Of a stretch of 64,000 bases of DNA, positions 56,423 through 64,000 are shown one piece after another. Position 1 is the first letter of the stretch. Every line of letters starts with the position of its first letter. Origin of the DNA: Fidelibacterota bacterium (GTDB taxonomy: Bacteria; Fidelibacterota; UBA2242; B5-G15); the NCBI GenBank assembly GCA_017656425.1, contig JACDNV010000006.1, positions 42,542 to 106,541 of the forward strand, in the 5' to 3' direction. A program made the translations under genes and the position numbers. The notes below the pieces were generated by a model, which worked only from the letters and a program-made list of their open reading frames with translations, was not told the DNA's origin and did not search any database.

Positions 56423-59400
56423 TTAAAATCTAAACCTTATACCTGCATTCGCGACCATACCATAGTATTTCATATTTGTAAATCCATCAATGGTTATCTG
56501 AGCAGATTCATTTATTTCATTATTGAGATTTGTTACATCGAGATATATTTCAGATTTCCATACCGGTAATTTCTGCCTTACAGATAGATCAATTTTAAAA
56601 TAATCCCTTGTATATCCATCCTGTTCTGGGTACGAACCAACATAACTTGCCATATCGCCCTGATAATTAAATGACAATCTAATAGAAAATCCTTTATGAT
56701 CATAACCAACGTAAGCATTCAGAATATCATCAGGTTGATATATAAGCCTTCCTGTACGAGTACTATCAACAACGAATGTCTCCGTTTGTCGTGGACCAAC
56801 AATCACAGTTTTATCTTCTCTTAATGGATATTTAGTCTCTGATTTTATTTTTGCATAATTTATACCAAACACCACACCTTTCATTAATCCAGGCATAAAC
56901 CATAACCTTGTTTGGAAATCAAATTCGATTCCCTTAACATATGCTGGCCAGATACCATTAATATATGTAGACACTGTAGCTTTTCGTTCAGGTTTGTACA
57001 CACTTACTGTACCATCTTTATTCACAATAACGATCTGAAAATCGTCTATTGTTTTGATTGTTTCATACTTTTTTACATCATATAATCTATAGTTCGTATG
57101 ATATATAAAATCTTTTATCTTTTTATAAAAAGCGCCAATCGTTAGAAGCCCCAGCCTGTTTCCGTGAAATGCTATTGCAAAATCATGATTAAAAGATTGG
57201 CCCGGTTTTAAATCAGGATTACCAGCCCATACATAGTTTCTTGGATTATTAAAACTTATCTTGGGCGACATCTGATGGTATGCAGGACGTGCCAGACTTT
57301 TAGTATATGCATATCTAATATCCATCCAGTCAAACGGAGAAATCTTTATAGAAACCGCTGGCAGTAAGTACTCATTTGGATTTCTTGTTTCAACTGTATC
57401 TACCGCCTGGTTCTCTGGATTTCGCATGTCAAACATATTATACACCGTATAATTATTTATTGTCTTTTCATATCGAGCACCGCCAATAAATTTAATTTTC
57501 CATAAATTTATCTCAGTCATCAGATACCCGGCATAATATTCCTCACTAAAAATGTAATCATTAGCTGATTGCTGGAATAGCCCATTATACCAGCCTCCTG
57601 TCTCATCAGGACCGCCAGTGGCTTTACCAGCCCATCTTGGATCACTATTTAAATATTCTGCTATTTTAAGAAGAAGGTCTGAATCGGGCACCCAGTGCAT
57701 TCTCCCAAATCTATCATTTAAGAACGGTTCCATCAATTCTGCATCACCCATAAAATTTGTCCCTGGATACCTTGCAACCTGAGGATCTACAAAAAGATTA
57801 AATCTTGCAGCAACCGTATCAAGCATACGCTGTTGATAATTCCCAGAATATTGCATACCAGCATAGGGTGCTTCCTGATCATTTATAATCTCTTTAAAGA
57901 AATATTCACCTCCGAATTTTACATAACCAGAAATGAAACTACCTATTTTATATGGTACTTTCAAAAATGATTTAACAGATTTCTTAGATTCTTTATATAA
58001 TGTAGACCATAATTGTATGGTATTTAAATATATCGAATCGGGTCCCGGATAAATCCAGTTGACCTTTAATGACTCTGGTTTAGTATTTTCAGGTACTTTA
58101 CCGACACCCTTATACGCAACACCTGATCTGAAAGAAACATACGGAGATTCAGGTAAATTATTCTTTGACATTGTATTTGCTAACTTCAAATTAAAAATTA
58201 CACCATTAAAGTCATTATTAAATTCAAGTGAGTTTAATAATATATCGATATTATTTGATCCTTCCCTCATATTGAATCCAATTAACCTATCATTATAATT
58301 CAGTACAGTCCTGTAATCCTCAAAGTCAGAATTACGGCGAGCATAAAGGTTTAACATTTTTATGTATCCATATGGCAATCTGTAATCCAATATTAAGTTT
58401 GCTCCATAACGTTCCCTTGTTTCTACATGCCTATTCAAAGTTACATTAGTAACCCTTACAGGCCGATAACCGGTTAATGTATCAATTTCTACACTTGTGG
58501 TTATATAACCAGCATTCATAATATCAGCATCTCTATCGTATTTTTCCATATTCCCGAGTAAATAAAAACCCAATCTTTCATTAAAAATTCTATTGCTTAC
58601 AGAGACAACAAACCTATAGTTACCGTAATTATTTGTCATATAGGTATATCCAGACTGACCTAATATATCATACCTGAATCCTGAGGGTGCTTCCCTGAGT
58701 TGCATCTCAACTGTACCGCCAACAGTATTAGCATTCATATCAGGTGTTATAGACTTATAAACCGATATAGATTTAATCATATAAGGAGAAATCATGCTCA
58801 AATCTACACTTCTATCAGTATTAACGTGACCAGCTCCACCTGCTATTGCTGTTACTCCCATTTGGGTACTTCCCGTAGATGTTAATCTAACGCCTTCAAC
58901 TGAAACCGAATTATACTGGGGCGCTATACCTCTGATGACCACCTTATTTGCTTCTCCTGAGCTTTCGAGTGTGGATACGCCGGGTAACCTACTCAGGGCC
59001 TGAGCAGCATTAAAATCTGGCAATTCCTGAAGCCTGGCTTCTGAAACAACATTTGCTATTTTATCTGATGCCAACTGCTGACTTATAGCTTGTACCTGTC
59101 CCAAAGCCTGTGCGGTTACTACCACTTCTTTACCCCTTACTGTAATAGGACTAAGACCAAAATCTTGTGTTACTGATCCTGTTGTAGGAACTTTAACTTT
59201 GATTGTACGTGTTTCATATCCTATATATGAAACTACAACTTCATATTCTCCTTCCGGAACATTTTGTATGTAAAAATTTCCATCTAAATCTGAAGCAGCT
59301 CCAAAGTTAGTACCTTTCAAATAAATATTAGCAGCTGGCAGGGGTTTTTCACTGTTTTTATCATATACTTTACCCTTTAAAACACCAGCATTAATACTAT

Positions 59401-59464
59401 TAAATGTAAATAATATTAAAAATGAAAAGATTAATACTCTAATCCTCTTAATATTAGAGTTCAT
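56423..59464 (-). CDS. TonB-dependent receptor, SusC/RagA-like, paralogue B
   Basis: 1013 aa. GVLKGKVYDKNSEKPLPAANIYL...GEYEVVVSYIGYE, plug region, C-terminal F. Same architecture as 43513..46560. Confidence 0.8.
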   Translation of the reverse strand: MNSNIKRIRVLIFSFLILFTFNSINAGVLKGKVYDKNSEKPLPAANIYLKGTNFGAASDLDGNFYIQNVPEGEYEVVVSYIGYETRTIKVKVPTTGSVTQDFGLSPITVRGKEVVVTAQALGQVQAISQQLASDKIANVVSEARLQELPDFNAAQALSRLPGVSTLESSGEANKVVIRGIAPQYNSVSVEGVRLTSTGSTQMGVTAIAGGAGHVNTDRSVDLSMISPYMIKSISVYKSITPDMNANTVGGTVEMQLREAPSGFRYDILGQSGYTYMTNNYGNYRFVVSVSNRIFNERLGFYLLGNMEKYDRDADIMNAGYITTSVEIDTLTGYRPVRVTNVTLNRHVETRERYGANLILDYRLPYGYIKMLNLYARRNSDFEDYRTVLNYNDRLIGFNMREGSNNIDILLNSLEFNNDFNGVIFNLKLANTMSKNNLPESPYVSFRSGVAYKGVGKVPENTKPESLKVNWIYPGPDSIYLNTIQLWSTLYKESKKSVKSFLKVPYKIGSFISGYVKFGGEYFFKEIINDQEAPYAGMQYSGNYQQRMLDTVAARFNLFVDPQVARYPGTNFMGDAELMEPFLNDRFGRMHWVPDSDLLLKIAEYLNSDPRWAGKATGGPDETGGWYNGLFQQSANDYIFSEEYYAGYLMTEINLWKIKFIGGARYEKTINNYTVYNMFDMRNPENQAVDTVETRNPNEYLLPAVSIKISPFDWMDIRYAYTKSLARPAYHQMSPKISFNNPRNYVWAGNPDLKPGQSFNHDFAIAFHGNRLGLLTIGAFYKKIKDFIYHTNYRLYDVKKYETIKTIDDFQIVIVNKDGTVSVYKPERKATVSTYINGIWPAYVKGIEFDFQTRLWFMPGLMKGVVFGINYAKIKSETKYPLREDKTVIVGPRQTETFVVDSTRTGRLIYQPDDILNAYVGYDHKGFSIRLSFNYQGDMASYVGSYPEQDGYTRDYFKIDLSVRQKLPVWKSEIYLDVTNLNNEINESAQITIDGFTNMKYYGMVANAGIRFRF

Positions 59465-59645
59465 ATCTTTTATCTCCCTTTGTTAACATAGACCTCTCAT
59501 CCCCTCAAATAAAAGCAAGACAATAACGATATAAAAGAAGTTATCAAATAATTCCAGCAAATATATTCATTTTTACCCATTTAAATAACCCTCATCTTTT
59601 ATAATATATATTTTATATACTAATTATGCAATATCTATATACAAT

Positions 59646-60695
59646 TTATTTATAATTTTTTACCGCATCGATAAATGCACTAATATTTTCACTTGATACC
59701 CCAGGAGGCATTCCACCACCACAAGAAAGTATAACTCTCGATCGATCCTTCAGCGAATTCATCAAATCTACTACAGCTTTTTTTACATCTTCTGGTTTAC
59801 CCTGTGCCAGTACGTCACGAGGTGGTATATTACCCAGGAGTGTAACCATATTGCCTGTCAGCTCTTTCAACTCATTTAATGTTATGTCGAAACCCATATT
59901 AAAAAGATTAACCCCAATCTCGGGCAAGTACTTAGCACTGACTTTACATGGTGCGTCATTGTGTAAAAATTTCACTGATACATCAACATCAAACAACTCC
60001 TTTAAATAAGGCAATGCAAACTCTTTAAAATGATCTTCGCCAATAAAACCAATTATATCATCAAGAATGAGTATACCATCAATTGTTGGGAATGTTTCTC
60101 TTTGAAATTTGTGCCAGTTCTTCAAAAAAATTGTAACTTTTTTTAATAAATCATGTACCTCATCAGGATTAGTCATAATTGCTGTCAAAAATTCTGTCAT
60201 TCCCATAATATAGGAAGCTACATTCAAAGGTCCACGGCTCACAGAGAACCTGATTTTATGTCCTGTTTCTTCGATTTTATTTTTATACATTTTTAAACGG
60301 TTGATCATAAATGGCAATAGCCCATCAGTTGTAACCTCAGGAATATTCAGGTTTCTGATCTCATCAATAGATTTTACGACCTTATGGGCGTGGGGAAAAC
60401 CATTTTCAGTAAACACACACCTTGCGCCAAATGCGGATGGCTCCGTACACATTCCGAATTCCGACCAAAATCCAGGGAAAAACATAATATCAGGAAAACT
60501 TGTTACTGCTTTAAGGTTTGCCTGAAACCACAGTTCAGGTGATGTAAAATAGTCAAGAATGGTTATACCATACCACCCGGGAAGCCATGGACAGTCTATA
60601 ATAAAACCTATAGGCATAGGTTCTATCAGTTCCCCATTTATTACATCTAATAATACTTGCCATTGTTTATCAGTCATATCTATACCCCCTTTCAA
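59646..60695 (-). CDS. uroporphyrinogen decarboxylase (URO-D)-family protein (MtaA-like methyltransferase fold)
   Basis: 349 aa URO-D-like TIM barrel. Overlaps the GH67 gene stop by 4 bp. Confidence 0.6.
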   Translation of the reverse strand: MKGGIDMTDKQWQVLLDVINGELIEPMPIGFIIDCPWLPGWYGITILDYFTSPELWFQANLKAVTSFPDIMFFPGFWSEFGMCTEPSAFGARCVFTENGFPHAHKVVKSIDEIRNLNIPEVTTDGLLPFMINRLKMYKNKIEETGHKIRFSVSRGPLNVASYIMGMTEFLTAIMTNPDEVHDLLKKVTIFLKNWHKFQRETFPTIDGILILDDIIGFIGEDHFKEFALPYLKELFDVDVSVKFLHNDAPCKVSAKYLPEIGVNLFNMGFDITLNELKELTGNMVTLLGNIPPRDVLAQGKPEDVKKAVVDLMNSLKDRSRVILSCGGGMPPGVSSENISAFIDAVKNYK

Positions 60696-62806
60696 TTAAA
60701 ATCTGGCACAGGTATTTTACTGAATTTACTAAAATATTCCAGACAGGTATCCCTCCAGAGCTTTGCGTCCTCATACTGGATTCGAAGTTTCTTGTTAACG
60801 TGATTCCAGATTTCAGGATCTATATCATTCTTTAACTTTTGCCATTCTTTTTTCATCCATTTTACGTATTCAACACCACTATTATACTTAAAACACATCT
60901 CTTCCCACAGTGTTCGTCCAGACTTCATTTTATATCTCCACGGTACTTGATGAAACCATAGTAGATATTTTTCAGGACACGTTTCTATATTATCAAAAAT
61001 TTCACTTAGTGGCGGGCAATACTGGCTTACTGCATTACTTCCGGTTGAGGATCTGTTATATCCAATACCGATAGAATCTGCTCGATGATAATATACAGAT
61101 GTCCAATCAATCCTTGGCTCATTAGCATTTCCAGGATCTACACCGTAATGTGAACCAGATTCCATCAAATGGTGAAGCCCTAATGGATGTCTGTAATTAA
61201 CGAGTGCCTCCCACGAGCCTAACATCATCTTTTTTATTCTCTCTTTTACATATTCATTTTTCGTTAAAGTTAATGTTATCCATTCATCTGCTATTTTTTT
61301 AGGTTTTAAAGTATGGTCCCAGGCTAATCTTCCAAAAGCATACCAGTTTGCTTGAGCAAATATATAACCACACCAGTTTGAATCATTACCTATATTGGAA
61401 ACGCCAGCAATCCCTGTCATATGGTAATTATAAACCGAACCATCTATAACTCTTGCAAGTGTTGTACCTTTACCCTCACAATACAGATCAAAATCAAGAT
61501 ATTCTCTCCACATACTCGCAAGGAAAACCAGATGGTTTGAATGACCTAAATATTCTTGCGTAATTTGTAGCTCAAGCATCAATGGTGTATTTGGCATTGC
61601 TCCGAAAAGCGGATGAACCGGTTCACGAGGCTGAAAATCAAGAGGCCCATTCTTAACCTGAATAAAAACATTTTTTAGAAACTTCCCATCTAAAGGTACA
61701 AACTCTTTATAAGCCCTTTTTACCCTATCTGGATCAGTCTCTGGATTGTATACGAAAGCCCTCCACATAACAATACCACCATATGGTTTAAGGGTTTCTG
61801 CCAGCATATTCGCACCATCAGCGTGTGATCTTCCATAGTCCAAGGGACCGGGCATCCCTTCTGAATTAGCTTTTACTAAAAACCCACCGAAATCAGGGAT
61901 TAATTCATAAATTTCAGCAATCTTCTTTTTCCACCACTTTCTCACTTCAGGTTCAAAAGGGTCAGCTGTATCAAGATTACCAATACCACCATTTTTCAAC
62001 GGGGAAGCAAAATTTACAGAAAGAAAAACCCGTATTCCATAGGGACGAAAAATTTCTGCAAGTTTAGCAATTTTTATCAAATAATCTCTTATCAAAATTT
62101 TCGGGGTTGCATTCACATTATTCAAAACTGTGCCATTGATCCCAATAGATGCATTAGCTCTGGCATAATCATAATAGCGTTTATCAATTTTCTCTGGTAA
62201 TTCATGCCATTTCCAGATTGATTTACCTGCATAACCTCGCTCAACAGTTCCATCAAGATTATCCCAGTGATTAAGTAATCTATATTTTATCTTAGGTATT
62301 GACACTATGTCCAATTCTTTGATACTCTTTTCCATTTGTATATGTCTGATGAACCAGAAAGAGCCATATAAACATGCTATGTCAGTATTTCCAGATATTA
62401 ATATAATCTGCCTGTCAGGAAGATTAATATTCCTTATAATAAAGTCTTCATCACCAAGATTATTAAAGATGTGCTTTAGCCCTGAAACAATATCTGAACC
62501 AACATCCGAGAATTTAGCTACAACAAGGCATTTGTCTGTTATATGATCCGTATTAAGTATGCTTTCTCCTAACAGACCACGGATTGCATCTCCTATTTCT
62601 CTTTTTATTATTTCTTGCGTTTCAGAATTTCCAAATACGACAAAACTTTTAATAGCATCCTTATATTCTTTTAATATTTTTTTATTAGCCAATGGTCTAT
62701 ATTTTAGCCAGAGCTCATATCCATCATCTGCAAGCAAAATAGACATACCTAATACTGTATGTATTAATAATATACACAGCGTACACAGTTTATTTTTAAA
62801 TTTCAT
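60692..62806 (-). CDS. aguA: xylan alpha-1,2-glucuronidase GH67
   Basis: N-terminal DDGYELWLKYRP (GH67 hallmark DGYxxWLRY). 704 aa with a signal peptide. Confidence 0.85.
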   Translation of the reverse strand: MKFKNKLCTLCILLIHTVLGMSILLADDGYELWLKYRPLANKKILKEYKDAIKSFVVFGNSETQEIIKREIGDAIRGLLGESILNTDHITDKCLVVAKFSDVGSDIVSGLKHIFNNLGDEDFIIRNINLPDRQIILISGNTDIACLYGSFWFIRHIQMEKSIKELDIVSIPKIKYRLLNHWDNLDGTVERGYAGKSIWKWHELPEKIDKRYYDYARANASIGINGTVLNNVNATPKILIRDYLIKIAKLAEIFRPYGIRVFLSVNFASPLKNGGIGNLDTADPFEPEVRKWWKKKIAEIYELIPDFGGFLVKANSEGMPGPLDYGRSHADGANMLAETLKPYGGIVMWRAFVYNPETDPDRVKRAYKEFVPLDGKFLKNVFIQVKNGPLDFQPREPVHPLFGAMPNTPLMLELQITQEYLGHSNHLVFLASMWREYLDFDLYCEGKGTTLARVIDGSVYNYHMTGIAGVSNIGNDSNWCGYIFAQANWYAFGRLAWDHTLKPKKIADEWITLTLTKNEYVKERIKKMMLGSWEALVNYRHPLGLHHLMESGSHYGVDPGNANEPRIDWTSVYYHRADSIGIGYNRSSTGSNAVSQYCPPLSEIFDNIETCPEKYLLWFHQVPWRYKMKSGRTLWEEMCFKYNSGVEYVKWMKKEWQKLKNDIDPEIWNHVNKKLRIQYEDAKLWRDTCLEYFSKFSKIPVPDFN

Positions 62807-62815
62807 GTATATTGC

Positions 62816-64000
62816 CTACTTCATTAAGTTCTTTATAAAATTTCTCAAATCGTCAGAACTGATTTTAGTCACCCCTTTGTTTTTCTGTATGTCCTTTATA
62901 TGCTGTAATATAATATGAGTAAAAACTGCACCAGGTCTCGGATAAGCTGCAACGATATAGTGTGGTCTGGGTTCTGATTCACCTTCCTCTAACTCCAGTT
63001 CAGCCCTTACATTATCAGGCGATATCAACGAATTACCATATCCAAAAATTAATTTATCCATTTTCTTATAAACCGCTTTGCTTTCCTCAGCCATACCGTA
63101 ATAATCGAGTAACTCTGCAAAAACGTAATTTGAGGTAGTATACACATCTTGACCCTGCTCTGATTCCACCTGACTACCATCTTCTGTCCTACACATTGCC
63201 CATCCCATTAGGGTTTCATTATTTTCAAAAATTGTTTTTAAAATCTTTTTTATCCTGTCTTCAGGTATAAAAGACTCCTCTCCTATGGAAATTAGAAACC
63301 AAACAGCGTCCAGTTGATTAAGCCAAACATCGGTATTCATTTCTCCTGTCTTCGTATCATAACAGGTAACATAATACTGGAGATCGATCCCGTTTTTATT
63401 CTTCTTTTCCCTCCACAATTTTTCAAACTGTTCTGAGGCTTTTTTAAAACTTTCTTCATATTCTTTTTTTGCTTCGAGATCATTCATCATATCAGCCATA
63501 ATACTCATGGCACGACAACCAGCCATAAAAATAGTGGCATCATAGGCATCAACACCAAACAAAGGAAGATTATCAAAGGTATTTTTCACCTCACCCGGGT
63601 TTCCTTCTGGTATACCATCACCATCATGATCTAATGACCTCAAATATTCAAAACCAAGTTTTAATGTCGACCAATTTTTCCGCAGAAAATCCAAATCCCC
63701 AAGAAATTTTACATTTCTTAGAACTCTTGTTGCAAGCTTCGGGAATAGATCAACCCAATAATTATTATTATACCAAGCATATTCGCTAACATTACGGAGA
63801 GGATGACCTTTTGGCATAGCACCAAGATCGTGATATACTGAACCCTTTATTTTAACTTTATCCCTAATCTGTGTCAAGGAAATACTTTCATATTCTTCAG
63901 GATGCTCCTCGAAATGCTTTCTTGCTTCAACAAAAGAGGCATGATAATGATAAAATCTTAAATTATTATCTTCATCCAGTATTGAATTTATAAACTGCTG
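62816..64000 (-). CDS. GH116-like (DUF608 (alpha/alpha)6 catalytic domain) glycoside hydrolase, partial; ORF runs off the window edge
   Basis: DHDGDGIPEGNPGEVKNTFDNLPLFGVDAYDATIFMAGCRAMSIMADMM resembles the GH116 catalytic-domain core. The annotated TTG at 63877 is internal, and the reading frame stays open to 64000. Confidence 0.5.
   Translation of the reverse strand, partial: QQFINSILDEDNNLRFYHYHASFVEARKHFEEHPEEYESISLTQIRDKVKIKGSVYHDLGAMPKGHPLRNVSEYAWYNNNYWVDLFPKLATRVLRNVKFLGDLDFLRKNWSTLKLGFEYLRSLDHDGDGIPEGNPGEVKNTFDNLPLFGVDAYDATIFMAGCRAMSIMADMMNDLEAKKEYEESFKKASEQFEKLWREKKNKNGIDLQYYVTCYDTKTGEMNTDVWLNQLDAVWFLISIGEESFIPEDRIKKILKTIFENNETLMGWAMCRTEDGSQVESEQGQDVYTTSNYVFAELLDYYGMAEESKAVYKKMDKLIFGYGNSLISPDNVRAELELEEGESEPRPHYIVAAYPRPGAVFTHIILQHIKDIQKNKGVTKISSDDLRNFIKNLMK

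Overview
This 64 kb window comes from a low-GC (about 33-35 %) bacterium that uses strong Shine-Dalgarno sites. Many secreted proteins end in a T9SS C-terminal sorting domain (NYPNPFNPTT...GxYFY...K), and two SusC-like TonB-dependent receptors have no adjacent SusD. Together these point to an FCB-group polysaccharide degrader, possibly Ignavibacteria-like or a related candidate lineage; this is inference only.

The window has four parts:

1. 1-5.5 kb: an AbiEi/AbiEii type IV TA pair followed by a liv-type branched-chain amino-acid ABC transporter operon (livH-livM-livG-livF).
 - The operon is riddled with GAGTT-core 7-8-nt tandem micro-repeat arrays. They occur as inverted pairs that bracket each cistron junction and run in-frame into coding sequence.
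 - An Avd / '23S rRNA intervening-sequence' four-helix-bundle gene sits between livH and livM, bracketed by two such arrays in inverted orientation.
2. 5.6-15.2 kb: a mosaic-GC genomic/defense island.
 - A DDE transposase remnant.
 - A roughly 55 % GC foreign block.
 - Several unknown small proteins.
 - Three consecutive genes that each carry an N-glycosidic-bond or nucleic-acid enzyme fold: a Cys-cluster + DUF559 PD-(D/E)xK nuclease, a SLOG/nucleoside-2-deoxyribosyltransferase-like protein, and an Endonuclease III-like HhH-GPD Fe-S protein. This is the most likely undescribed system in the window.
 - A Type II R-M system with two methyltransferases flanking a nuclease, plus a disrupted small HTH gene.
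3. 15.5-22.8 kb: housekeeping genes (a fused homocysteine S-methyltransferase/MTHFR, PAP2, YjbQ, Gfo/Idh/MocA, SGNH, GT2, PIG-L deacetylase).
4. 22.9-64 kb: a pectin/xylan/arabinan utilisation locus.
 - Glycoside hydrolase and lyase families PL1, GH51, GH12, GH9-like, GH10, GH127, GH67 and GH116-like.
 - xylAB and a KDPG aldolase.
 - Two paralogous TonB-dependent receptor -> T9SS beta-helix protein cassettes.
 - A large T9SS protein with a near-identical 774-bp intragenic tandem duplication.

Several genes show single-base frameshifts in homopolymer runs (livH, the PIG-L deacetylase, the GH12 N-terminus) and there is one in-frame TGA. These more likely reflect assembly error than true pseudogenes.
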